Shown here piece after piece: positions 32,667 to 41,680 of a stretch of 64,000 bases of DNA (within the stretch, counting starts at the first letter, position 1; every line of letters begins with the position of its first letter). The notes beneath the pieces are model-generated. The model ran no database searches. It worked only from the letters and a program-made list of their open reading frames with translations, and was not told the DNA's origin. Origin of the DNA: Spirochaetia bacterium (GTDB lineage Bacteria; Spirochaetota; Spirochaetia; CADAEX01); NCBI GenBank assembly GCA_963662795.1, contig OY759746.1, positions 320,001 to 384,000 on the forward strand, read 5' to 3'. Position numbers and translations under genes: made by a program.

Positions 32667-35600
32667 TCACCTGCCGCTTTTTTTAAAAAGGGGGTCTGCT
32701 CCTATCGTGCCTGTTATCTTCCTGATGTAGTTTTCAGACCCGGCATCGGCGAGAGTCTCCCTGCACTTTTCAATTTTCTTTTTTAAGTCAAGCTTAAGCG
32801 AAAGCTCCCTGTTCTCTTCAGCGGAATCAAAATCGGTAATGTACTCAATCAGGTTCTTCCAGTGCTTAATCTCCCTCTGCTGCTTGAGGAGAAGCCTTTC
32901 TTTGTACCAGCTGCTTTCAAGCACATAATCCCGCTCAAAAAGTCCCCTTATTTCAGGGTCGCTTACATCCTTTCCCTCAAACCGGCCGTATGCCATAATA
33001 TGAATCAGGGCTTTAATCGGCGGTATCGCTGAATCAACGCTTCCGTCCTCAAAATACATCAGAGCGACCTGTCTCTGGCTTTCAATTATGTAATTGACCC
33101 CTTCAATAAACGCGTCAATGTTCTGCCTTTCAGGCTTAAGCATGTCCTTGTTGAACACGGCAAGGGGTTCATCAAATATACGTCCGAGATAGTTAAAAAG
33201 GAATGTCTCTGTAATCCTGTAACCGAGCCTGCTTGTAAGGACTTTCTCCCCCTTCCACTCAAAGTCTTCAATCTTTTCAAGAGAGCCTTCGGCTATAAGT
33301 TTTTCAGGGTCCCTCTCGTTATAATCAAGCCTGCTCCAAATCTCCGGGATAAGGATGCTTATGTCGTGGTCAAAGCGGGTATAGCTTCCTACCCATCCGG
33401 CTACTGACGTAAAACCTGAATAGCCGGTGAGAATGAATGAAAGGAGGGCATTGTTAAGGTCTGTGACGGCCGAGAGCATATTGAAAGGCCCCTTGGTAAG
33501 GGCCCCTTCGGAACCCGCCCCGGTGGTTGAGGGGGATTTTCCCGACAGGCTGCAGATAAAATCCATAAAAAGCTCAGGCAGCTCCTGATAGTGGATCGGG
33601 TTATAGACACTGAGGCCCCTGATCCCTTTACGGGAATCAGGGCGGTTGTTTCTTCTTGACGGAAGGACCGCTGCAACAGGAGTATAGACCGCCTTTTCAG
33701 GCGGAATCTTTCTGAACAGCCTTGTGCCCATTTCCCCGATATAATAGGACCTTGGCTTTGTTATCTCCGGCCTCACCTGAAGGTAGCGGGGGTTTGTGCT
33801 TACAATGCCGTCCACCATTCTCGGGTGGGACGGTGTTATAAACCATGTCCCCTCCCGGCTCTCCGCCCCGTCCCTGATTATTTTTTTGATGGGGTCTGTG
33901 TATTCATCAAAGCTTATCGCGTTTTCAATAAGCTCTTTTGCGTGTGTTTTATTCAGGGGCTGATAGTTGGAGATAAAATTATTATCCCCGGCAAGGTCCG
34001 CCTCCGCCTCTATATCGTATCCCCTGTGGATTGCCTCATCCGGCCTCTGGAAAAGGCGGTATTCGCAGTTGCGCAGTATTTTCAGGCTCCTGCCGCCATA
34101 GCGTTTGGGAAGACTGTCAAACAGGCCGGAATCAAGGGTAATTGAAACAGTAATATCATCTTCCTGCTGCAGCTTCTCTGAGGCGATAAAATCTGTCCTT
34201 AATTTATGGATATACCATGAGTTATCCGGGGCGAATCCTACCCTGAGGAAACTGGCTATTATCTGCCTTCCGTCAAAGAAGAGCGCGTTGCCCTCCCTGC
34301 CGTTTATTATGCGGACGCTGAAATGCTCCTTCCAGTTGTTCTCCCAGTCGGGGCGGTAAAAGCGCTTCACAAACAGGGCAAGGGCCTTGATCCTGTTGGG
34401 AAAGGAGTTGATAAAATAATTATACTCATCCGTATAATGGGGCGAGTGATTGAGCAGCTTTATTACAGAACCAAGCGATCTTCTCGGGTCAAGGAAAGGC
34501 CTGCTCGCCCTGGTGCGCTTTTCATCGCCCTTCCATCTTCCCTTGTAGTCATAGTTAAATAGTTTCTCGACAAGGCTGAAATCCTCGGTAAAGTTATTTA
34601 TATAGAAGGTATCGTAGATCACGGAGTTGAGCAGTGATTTGGAAATTTCAGATTTTCCCCCGCCTGAGACTGTAAAGGGTTTGTGGCACAGTGTCCCCTC
34701 GGACGCGGTTCCGATAAGGCGCCATACCGGGGCTATGGGGTGTTTTTCCATCTGGACCTTGCTGCCGTCAGGGAGAATATATGTTTTATCAGGCAGGAGT
34801 TTTATCTTTATCTCTTTGTTTTTATACTCCCAGGTAATATCCTGCTTGTAGAGGCTGAATTCGGCGAATTCAGGCAGATAAACAATTGAAGGATATTCCC
34901 TGTCTATTCCGTAATTTTCCTCATCCCTCAGGTGCATCCTTGCGCTGTAGAGTTTTTTAACCTCTTCAAACGTATGAGTCTTTATATCGCAGTAATAATG
35001 CTCACCAAGGCTCCGCCTCGGGAATACCAGCGCGCCGCCTGCATGCTCTTCTTCGGCAAGACCCAGGAGGTTCGCGGCAAAGGATATCTGTGTTTTAACC
35101 TCTTTCTTGGTGTAGCCAAAGTAGTTATCCGCTATAAGGGTTATTACAACACCCTCTTCGTTCCTGCATGAGAGCTTGAAGGCCCTTCCGTCATTATAAA
35201 GCTCATCCTCTTTTTCCCAGTACATCTCGTCCTTTATCTGCCGCGGAGTCGCGTCCTTTTTATTCGGAAGGCCGAGCTCTTTTTTGGTAAACCGGGTTAT
35301 ATGGGGAGCAAGAATTATGCAGCCGGTGTGGCCGCTCCACCTTTCGATATCAAGCGCTGAATCATTTTCAACAAGCCCGGGGTCACCTGCGTTTCCGAAG
35401 ATAGATTCTACAAAATCGATATTGCTTACAAGAGAACCGGGGGCAAAATACCTTATCTCCATTCTTTTCTCGCTCATGATGCCGGCAACCTCAGGCTGGA
35501 CAAGGGGCTTTAAATACACAGAGACAAAAAGCTTTGCCTTCTCATGCTGGTCGGCGGTAAAGGGAAGCAGCATGAGGTCATCAGGGGGATTAACAGCTTC

Positions 35601-36143
35601 CTTAAGCAGTCTTATAAAAGCGACTTTCGGGACCTCTTTTTTATCAGGAGGAACAGGAAGCCCCCCTTCAACGATATGGAAAGTCCCCACAGTCGTCCTT
35701 TTATCGCTTTTGGGGTTATGAAGCACCCCCTGCTTTATCCTGTAGGATTCAACATAATTATTCAAAAACTCATTCTTCCCGGGGGGAATGCTGAGCTGGC
35801 GGGCAAGCCCGTACCTGTCAAGGACAAAGGTCCCTGTAGGGATGTTTGATACTTCCTCCCCCGCGTCACTGAAATACCTCTTTAAAAAGCTGTTAAGCCT
35901 CCTGTCCGCGGCGCAGAGATAGTTCTTTAAAAGCCTGTTTCTCTGGTTGTAGTTATGGATAAGGTTCTGGGCAATCTTGATAAACCCGGCCGCCGACAGA
36001 TTCTCCTTTTCATCCTCTTCACAGGTAACACAGGCGAATCCGCGGTAGGGCTTGCCCATAGCGGCAAGCTTGAAATTTATGTATCTCTCAAGTTCCGGTT
36101 CATCTTTTGAATCTATCATTCCTAGATAGGGAAATTTATCCAT
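32667..36143 (-). CDS. PPi-dependent phosphoenolpyruvate carboxykinase (PEP carboxytransphosphorylase)
   Basis: 1158 aa with QGVLHNPKSDKRTT, DNYFGYTKKEVKTQIS, EEEHAGGA, HKPFTVSGGGKSEISKS and GKSPSTTGAGSEGALTKGPFN, recalled as conserved in Entamoeba/Propionibacterium PPi-PEPCK. Confidence 0.82.
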   Translation of the reverse strand: MDKFPYLGMIDSKDEPELERYINFKLAAMGKPYRGFACVTCEEDEKENLSAAGFIKIAQNLIHNYNQRNRLLKNYLCAADRRLNSFLKRYFSDAGEEVSNIPTGTFVLDRYGLARQLSIPPGKNEFLNNYVESYRIKQGVLHNPKSDKRTTVGTFHIVEGGLPVPPDKKEVPKVAFIRLLKEAVNPPDDLMLLPFTADQHEKAKLFVSVYLKPLVQPEVAGIMSEKRMEIRYFAPGSLVSNIDFVESIFGNAGDPGLVENDSALDIERWSGHTGCIILAPHITRFTKKELGLPNKKDATPRQIKDEMYWEKEDELYNDGRAFKLSCRNEEGVVITLIADNYFGYTKKEVKTQISFAANLLGLAEEEHAGGALVFPRRSLGEHYYCDIKTHTFEEVKKLYSARMHLRDEENYGIDREYPSIVYLPEFAEFSLYKQDITWEYKNKEIKIKLLPDKTYILPDGSKVQMEKHPIAPVWRLIGTASEGTLCHKPFTVSGGGKSEISKSLLNSVIYDTFYINNFTEDFSLVEKLFNYDYKGRWKGDEKRTRASRPFLDPRRSLGSVIKLLNHSPHYTDEYNYFINSFPNRIKALALFVKRFYRPDWENNWKEHFSVRIINGREGNALFFDGRQIIASFLRVGFAPDNSWYIHKLRTDFIASEKLQQEDDITVSITLDSGLFDSLPKRYGGRSLKILRNCEYRLFQRPDEAIHRGYDIEAEADLAGDNNFISNYQPLNKTHAKELIENAISFDEYTDPIKKIIRDGAESREGTWFITPSHPRMVDGIVSTNPRYLQVRPEITKPRSYYIGEMGTRLFRKIPPEKAVYTPVAAVLPSRRNNRPDSRKGIRGLSVYNPIHYQELPELFMDFICSLSGKSPSTTGAGSEGALTKGPFNMLSAVTDLNNALLSFILTGYSGFTSVAGWVGSYTRFDHDISILIPEIWSRLDYNERDPEKLIAEGSLEKIEDFEWKGEKVLTSRLGYRITETFLFNYLGRIFDEPLAVFNKDMLKPERQNIDAFIEGVNYIIESQRQVALMYFEDGSVDSAIPPIKALIHIMAYGRFEGKDVSDPEIRGLFERDYVLESSWYKERLLLKQQREIKHWKNLIEYITDFDSAEENRELSLKLDLKKKIEKCRETLADAGSENYIRKITGTIGADPLFKKSGR

Positions 36144-36264
36144 TTTAACCTCAAATTATTTTCTTTTTATAGTATATATTCTATAACAGATTGCTGATAT
36201 TTTTAAAAGATAACAGATCAATTGTTAGATTATTATGAAAAATACTGAAAACAGGTGATAGCCC

Positions 36265-36600
36265 ATGGAAAATATAAAACTCCCGCCCGACAGGGTGCTG
36301 CTTGCCCTTGTAGTAAAATCAGACAGCCCTGAAATGCGGCGCAGGCTTTCTTCCCTTAAAGACCGCGATATCGCGACTTCCCTCACCTATTTTTCGGAAT
36401 TCGAGAGAGGCATTATCTTTTCAAAGCTGCCTCCTGCCAAAAAAGACCGCGTCAGGGAAGCAATTGAGAGGAACGCTGCGGTAAGGTATGAGGATTACAG
36501 TAAAATCATAAAAGGGGTGATATCATATCTTTCAGCCGCAGGCGGCAGCGGAGGGGGAAATACTGTCCCCGGCTCCTGGTACAGACCGGGAAGGAAATAA
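36265..36600 (+). CDS. Small hypothetical protein, possibly FliG C-terminal/MgtE_N-like helical domain
   Basis: LSSLKDRDIATSL...ERGIIFSKLPPAKKDRVRE resembles FliG-type armadillo repeats. Confidence 0.5.
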   Translation: MENIKLPPDRVLLALVVKSDSPEMRRRLSSLKDRDIATSLTYFSEFERGIIFSKLPPAKKDRVREAIERNAAVRYEDYSKIIKGVISYLSAAGGSGGGNTVPGSWYRPGRK

Positions 36601-36660
36601 ACTGCAGGTTTTTATAATTATCAAGTCTGATCTCAGGCACAACCAGGAGATTTCATAAGA

Positions 36661-37516
36661 TTATTTGCTATTTATTATTTCCTTTACAGAGCATACAAGA
36701 TTGTTATAAAGAGACGGGGCTTTTTCAAGGAATTTCTCTATTTGAGGGTATCTGATATCAAGATACTCATGGGCAGGAATGTTTCTGAACCTTGAAAAAT
36801 CAGCCAGCTCTCCGGCAGCAGATTCACCTATCTGTTCTATATGTATCAAATCGCAATAATATTTCCCTGTAAGTCTGAGGCACGCTCTGCCGGCCTGATG
36901 CAATAAGTATTTTGGCTATATCGATTGAACCGTTTACAAGATTCTCTATCCATCTTTCAACATTTCGCCTCATTGATGAGTCTTCAAGGTAGCTTTTTCT
37001 GGTTAAATTCATAAACCGATGAGAATCTTCCAGTTCTGTTTCAAGAAAATCAACAAACCGGATCAGTCTTGATTTATCCGCAGGAGAAAGAGATCTGGAA
37101 CGCCTTTTTACCGCAATAAAATCCTCTGCAAAATACCTGTATTCTTCTGCAAGATCTGTAACAGCTAAAAAATGCCTTGAGTAAAGTGACTCATCTTTTA
37201 TAATTACCGGAATACCTTCAAGATATGCAGATGCGCATATTGTGGAGGAGGCCCTGTTAAAAATGACAAGATCAACTTCACGGCCGGTAAGGCGCTCAAG
37301 ATCATTCCATATCTTATCCTCACCATCAAAAAAAACATCATCTTCAAGGTCAAATCTGTTTTCCTGCGGATAAAAATAAATTCCGATATCAATATCAGAT
37401 TCCTCAACCGCATTCCCTTTTGCCTCAGAACCGAATAAAAAAGCAAATGCTATGTCATTTTTTCCGGAGATATACTCTTTTAATTCATCAATTCCGGGGT
37501 AAACTCCACTTCTCAT
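36661..37516 (-). pseudogene. Fused MNT (nucleotidyltransferase)-HEPN/DUF86 toxin-antitoxin gene, frameshifted inside the HEPN domain
   Basis: FLFGS..KG..SDIDIG MNT motif; HEPN start (VERWIENLVNGSIDIA..PQTYREIL); the RxxxxH motif (RNIPAHEYLD) continues in another frame after ~36855. Confidence 0.8.
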
Positions 37517-37610
37517 ATTATAAAGATAACACTGTTAAACTGGATTGTCGATATCGGGTCATATTTCCGGAGGATGATCATCGATCATCTGCCGGTTTTT
37601 AAGGTTCTGC

Positions 37611-37925
37611 TTAAATATAATCATCAGCAAGAAGCGGGCTGTATTTTGTGCCCTCCCTGGGTTTTTCCATCATGCCCTCAACCGACTCCCTCCATGTGGT
37701 ATAGTGGGAAGTTTTTCTGTGCTCTTCCACCGCGTCAAGGGATTTGTATACCTCTAAAAGAAGGAATTCCCCCTCTTTCCCTTCTTTTTTAAGGAGATCA
37801 AACCTGATATTGCCCGCCTCTCCTCTTGTTCCTGCCCTGTTAAGTTTTGTGGCTTCCATAAAAACATTTTCAAAGCCTTTTTTTACATATATATTCACAA
37901 GATATACAACAGTTTCCGTATTCAT
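37611..37925 (-). CDS. Antibiotic-biosynthesis-monooxygenase (ABM/LsrG-like) family protein
   Basis: EAGNIRFDLL, FLLLEVY and HRKTSHYTTWR motifs. Confidence 0.85.
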   Translation of the reverse strand: MNTETVVYLVNIYVKKGFENVFMEATKLNRAGTRGEAGNIRFDLLKKEGKEGEFLLLEVYKSLDAVEEHRKTSHYTTWRESVEGMMEKPREGTKYSPLLADDYI

Positions 37926-38107
37926 AAGGAACCCCCGATATTAACTGATCTCTATATATAATAAGAATAATTTACTTTTAAATCAAATAACAGAGAGGGA
38001 GGGCTTTTTAAAACAAGACCGCATAACATGGACTGCACCCCGGTATAAACAAAGAAAGGCAATTGTTGACATTCAAGCCCTTAAATGCTAATCTCAATGC
38101 GGTTTTA

Positions 38108-38182
38108 CGGGCTGTAGCGCAGTTGGTTTAGCGTACTTGACTGGGGGTCAAGGGGTCGCCGGTTCAAATCCGGCCAGCCCGA
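38108..38182 (+). tRNA. tRNA-Pro (anticodon GGG), CCA not encoded
   Basis: Acceptor stem CGGGCTG/CAGCCCG, anticodon arm CTTGA-CTGGGGG-TCAAG, T arm GCCGG-TTCAAAT-CCGGC; TTGACA upstream. Confidence 0.97.
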
Positions 38183-38184
38183 AT

Positions 38185-38223
38185 AAAAAAGACTGAATCG
38201 GTTTATCCGGTTCAGTCTTTTTT
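38185..38223 (+). terminator. Intrinsic terminator of tRNA-Pro
   Basis: AAAAAAGACTGAATCGG...CCGGTTCAGTCTTTTTT. Confidence 0.85.
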
Positions 38224-38230
38224 GTTTTGT

Positions 38231-38377
38231 GGATAGAAGGATTTGAATCCGGCCAGCAATTTTCGTGAAGCCTAATCCGGTGTACCTTTTTTATTATGTT
38301 GATCGAAGGATTTGCCCTAAAGGATAAAAAAATCCGGCCAGGATTTTTATGCGAAGCATAATCCGGCCAGCCCGAAT
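38231..38377 (+). repeat. Two related units built from tRNA-Pro T-arm/3'-end sequence
   Basis: Both read GAT(A/C)GAAGGATTTG...AATCCGGCCAG..ATTTT..GAAGC.TAATCCGG; the second ends in AATCCGGCCAGCCCGAATA, identical to the tRNA 3' end plus flank. Confidence 0.8.
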
Positions 38378-38405
38378 ATAATTACTTATATTATTTGGAC
38401 TAATT

Positions 38406-38437
38406 AAGCTATTCAAATTATATGAATAGCTTTTTTT
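38406..38437 (+). terminator. Terminator-like hairpin upstream of the marR-hgcAB promoter
   Basis: AAGCTATTCA-AATTATA-TGAATAGCTT followed by a T-run. Confidence 0.65.
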
Positions 38438-38470
38438 AGTTTACATTATCAACTGTTGACATAGTATACT
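38438..38470 (+). promoter_or_regulatory. Candidate tandem MarR operator overlapping the TTGACA -35 of marR-hgcAB
   Basis: AGTTTAC-ATT-ATCAACT and TGTTGAC-ATA-GTATACT, both approximating AGTTGAC-N3-GTCAACT. Confidence 0.5.
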
Positions 38471-38491
38471 TTTTGAGATAATCATATAATC

Positions 38492-38980
38492 ATGAATACC
38501 AACATATTATCCGAATTCAGAAATTCCATCAGAAGGATTGAACGTTTTCTGTTTGCAAGTATCAAGGATGACGGGACATGCTGCGGAGTTACTTTCAATG
38601 AATGCCATATTCTCATGGAAATAGATAAAAACAGAAAAATTGTTATGAAAGATCTTGCCGACACCCTCGGCATGGATAAGAGCATAATAAGCAGGTCAGT
38701 TGAGGTAATGGTCAGAGATGACCTTATCAGCAGGGAAGAACTGACTGATGACAGAAGGAAAAAGAACATAGTACTGACCGGTAACGGAAAAAAGAAAGCG
38801 GATTCGATAAATAGTTATATGAACTTAAAATATTCTGAACTGTTCAGTTCAATGAATGATGGAGAAGTGGAAAAAGTTATTGAATCAGCAAAAACACTTG
38901 CTGACCTGTTTGACAAATGGGTTTTATTAAATGAAAAGTCAGACTGCTGCCGGGGTGGAAATAATGGATGCTGTAATTAA
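38492..38980 (+). CDS. MarR family regulator with CCG motif and Cys-rich C-terminus
   Basis: wHTH (LADTLGMDKSIISRSV, DDRRKKNIVLT); TCCGVTFNECH and DCCRGGNNGCCN; overlaps the hgcA start. Confidence 0.88.
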   Translation: MNTNILSEFRNSIRRIERFLFASIKDDGTCCGVTFNECHILMEIDKNRKIVMKDLADTLGMDKSIISRSVEVMVRDDLISREELTDDRRKKNIVLTGNGKKKADSINSYMNLKYSELFSSMNDGEVEKVIESAKTLADLFDKWVLLNEKSDCCRGGNNGCCN

Positions 38981-39968
38981 TAAACTTGAAGGCAGATGGG
39001 GAATAAAAGATTACCTTGGGACAATTATGTGCCGGCTGGGAATAAGAAGGCAGTATTATTCACAGAAACCAGGGCTATATTCCATTGGGAATCCTGATAA
39101 CAAATCGCCTGTTTTTGTAACTGCCAATTACAAATATTCGATAGATGTTCTCCGCAGGGCCGTAAAAAATACAGATTCATGGATCCTTGTTATTGATACA
39201 AAAGGAGTAAATGTCTGGTGCGCTGCGGGAAAAGGGACTTTTGGAACAGCTGAAATAATCAGCAGGGTAAATAAAACAGGACTTAAAGATGCAGTTTACC
39301 ACAGGACACTTATTCTTCCCCAGCTCGGGGCTCCCGGAGTAGAGCCGGGAGAGGTAAGAAAAAATACAGGGTTCTCTGTTAAATACGGACCGGTTGAAGC
39401 AAATGATATCCCTGAATTCATCAGTAACGGATACACTGCGGACAGAAAAATGAGAACCAAACAGTTCAAACTCAGGGAAAGGCTTGCAGTATCTCTTACG
39501 CATATGGTCCAGGGTCTGTTGCCAACAGCAGCGATAGCCCTTTTTTTTGTTCTTAGTGATTTTCTTTTTTCTTTCAAGGGTAATTTCGGTTTTACCGGGT
39601 TTCTTTCAATAAATATCCTTGCCTCACTGTCAGCGTTACTTGGAGGAACAGTTATCGCAGGAGCACTGCTGCCTTTACTTCCCGGAAGGGCTTTTTCCAT
39701 GAAGGGCTTTTTCATAAGCATTCTTTTTGCACTGTTCTTTTTTCAGATAATCAATTCATATTCCTCCCCTCTTTTTATTTTATATACAGGTGGTAAAATG
39801 CTGATTCTTTCAGGATGGATTGTGTATCTTGTCCTCAACCTGACAGGCAGCAGCACTTATACTTCTCTTTCAGGCGTTAAAAAAGAAATGGCGATTTCAA
39901 TGCCGTTGATTACTGCAGGATCCTTTGCCGGATTATCAATGATCATTACAGGGGGAATACTCTTATGA
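38964..39968 (+). CDS. hgcA: Mercury methylation corrinoid protein HgcA
   Basis: Cap-helix motif NVWCAAGK, PGLY, VTANYK, LPQLGAPGV, C-terminal TM helices ending TGSSTYTSLSGVKKEM; followed directly by hgcB. Confidence 0.95.
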   Translation: MDAVINKLEGRWGIKDYLGTIMCRLGIRRQYYSQKPGLYSIGNPDNKSPVFVTANYKYSIDVLRRAVKNTDSWILVIDTKGVNVWCAAGKGTFGTAEIISRVNKTGLKDAVYHRTLILPQLGAPGVEPGEVRKNTGFSVKYGPVEANDIPEFISNGYTADRKMRTKQFKLRERLAVSLTHMVQGLLPTAAIALFFVLSDFLFSFKGNFGFTGFLSINILASLSALLGGTVIAGALLPLLPGRAFSMKGFFISILFALFFFQIINSYSSPLFILYTGGKMLILSGWIVYLVLNLTGSSTYTSLSGVKKEMAISMPLITAGSFAGLSMIITGGILL

Positions 39969-40291
39969 CCTATATAAAAAATGTTGCCACACTTGAATAC
40001 ACAAAAGAAAAATGCACAGGATGCGGCATGTGTGCAACTGTATGCCCTCACGGTGTATTTCATGTAACAGGCGGAAAAGCAGAAATAATTGACAGGGACA
40101 AGTGCATGGAGTGCGGCGCATGCATGATAAACTGCCCGGAAGGAGCACTAACGGTTAAGCAGGGAGTAGGCTGCGCCTATGCAGTAATAATCTCAAAGCT
40201 GAAAAGGCGGGATACAATAAGCTGCGACTGCGACAGTGATAATCCCCAGGCTCAAAACTGCTGCGGTGGAGGCAGCAGCAGCTGCTGCTGA
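39965..40291 (+). CDS. hgcB: Mercury methylation ferredoxin HgcB
   Basis: Two CxxCxxCxxxCP motifs including CMECGAC, then GVGCA and terminal CC; 4-bp overlap with the hgcA stop. Confidence 0.95.
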   Translation: MTYIKNVATLEYTKEKCTGCGMCATVCPHGVFHVTGGKAEIIDRDKCMECGACMINCPEGALTVKQGVGCAYAVIISKLKRRDTISCDCDSDNPQAQNCCGGGSSSCC

Positions 40292-40299
40292 GTATTACC

Positions 40300-40556
40300 T
40301 GGTAAATTAGCCCAATCGCGCAACACATTACTTTGAATATTTGAAAAATATCCACGGATAGTTTTTACTGCAGTATTGACGTATCGCAGCTTACTGTTCT
40401 GCCTGCTTTTCGGAAAAACACAACTTAATCCTTCTTTGGTATCCTTAAAAACAACATCACCGGTGCAATGAATTAATCCATTAATAAAGATGCGTGCAGG
40501 ACGACAAAGGCTTTTATAACCATGCCCTTAAGTTTGTCAGTTTTTTTCTCTTCCAT
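40300..40556 (-). pseudogene. Possible decayed ArsR/SmtB regulator divergent from acr3
   Basis: ATG 40556 gives MEEKKTDKLKGMVIKAF, then a shifted frame gives RPARIFI, resembling the ArsR N-terminal KAL.HP.R..I; several stops follow; end coordinate approximate. Confidence 0.4.
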
Positions 40557-40590
40557 AACCCATGCATACTGGCAGTATCTTATTGACTAT

Positions 40591-40610
40591 ATATGGCTTT
40601 TTTGCCAAAT
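40591..40610 (+). promoter_or_regulatory. Candidate ArsR-type operator in the acr3 promoter
   Basis: Near-palindrome ATATGGC-N6-GCCAAAT just after TTGACT. Confidence 0.5.
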
Positions 40611-40642
40611 TACCAATAATTACTTAAAGAAGGAGATTAAAC

Positions 40643-41680
40643 ATGCCGGAGAAAAAAATCGGCTTCTTCGCCAGATATCTGACTTTGTGGGTAGCTGCAT
40701 GTATCATTCTTGGTGTTGTTACAGGTGTTTTATTCCCCCGGTTTCCAAAACTGCTCGGAGTAATGGAATATGCCAATATTTCAATTCCAGTAGCAGTCCT
40801 GATCTGGCTAATGATTTATCCAATGATGCTGAAAGTTGATTTCAGGAGTATTATTGACGCCGGGAAGAGACCCAGGGGACTGATTATAACCCTCATACTA
40901 AACTGGCTGATCAAACCTTTTACCATGTATTTCATTGCCTGGTTTTTTCTGAAAGTGGTTTTCAAGGCATTTATACCTGATTCCCTTGCTGCTGATTATA
41001 TTGCCGGCGCTGTATTATTGGGTGCAGCTCCCTGTACCGCCATGGTTTTTGTCTGGAGTTATCTGTCTGATGGCGACCCCGGATATACAGTTGTTCAGGT
41101 AGCAGTAAATGATCTCATCATTCTTTTTGCCTTCGCCCCAATTGTGGCCTTTCTTCTCGGCGTCAGCAATGTAAAGGTGCCTCTGGATACCCTTTTCCTT
41201 TCTGTTGTACTTTTCGTTGTAATTCCTCTTGCTGCAGGTTTTTCAACAAGAACAATACTCCTGAAAAAGCACAGTAAAGACTGGTTTGAAAATATATTCT
41301 GTAAAAAATTCGAAGGGATCACAGAAGCAGGTCTGCTTCTCACCCTGGTAATTATCTTTTCATTTCAGGGAGAGATAATCCTTTCAACCCCTTTGGCCAT
41401 TGTTTTAATCGCAATTCCATTAATTATTCAGACCTACTTTATTTTTTTCCTTGGTTTTGGATGGTCAAGGATCTGGAAGGTCCCTTATAAGGTTGCAGCT
41501 CCTTCAGCCCTGATCGGCGCATCAAATTTCTTTGAACTGGCCGTGGCGGTAGCCATCAGCCTGTTCGGTTTATCATCAGGCGCAACCCTGGTGACAGTCG
41601 TAGGTGTTCTGGTGGAAGTTCCTGTAATGCTGAATCTGGTTAAAATAGCAAAATCCGCAAAAAACAGATTCCCGTTGTGA
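40643..41680 (+). CDS. acr3: ACR3 family arsenite efflux transporter
   Basis: LMIYPMM, NWLIKPFTM, APCTAMVFVWS, GASNFFELAVA and GVLVEVPVML motifs. Confidence 0.96.
   Translation: MPEKKIGFFARYLTLWVAACIILGVVTGVLFPRFPKLLGVMEYANISIPVAVLIWLMIYPMMLKVDFRSIIDAGKRPRGLIITLILNWLIKPFTMYFIAWFFLKVVFKAFIPDSLAADYIAGAVLLGAAPCTAMVFVWSYLSDGDPGYTVVQVAVNDLIILFAFAPIVAFLLGVSNVKVPLDTLFLSVVLFVVIPLAAGFSTRTILLKKHSKDWFENIFCKKFEGITEAGLLLTLVIIFSFQGEIILSTPLAIVLIAIPLIIQTYFIFFLGFGWSRIWKVPYKVAAPSALIGASNFFELAVAVAISLFGLSSGATLVTVVGVLVEVPVMLNLVKIAKSAKNRFPL

Noticed and set aside
38231-38377. CRISPR array
   Set aside because: The repeats derive from the tRNA, are irregularly spaced, lack uniform unique spacers, and there are no cas genes in the window.
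38964-39968. Acetyl-CoA synthase corrinoid subunit (AcsC/CdhE) rather than HgcA
   Set aside because: The Cys-containing NVWCAAGK helix, C-terminal TM domain and adjacent hgcB fit HgcA; there is no N-terminal Fe-S domain.
40289-40330. Selenocysteine read-through of the hgcB TGA
   Set aside because: The protein already ends in the expected CC pair and no convincing SECIS hairpin follows.
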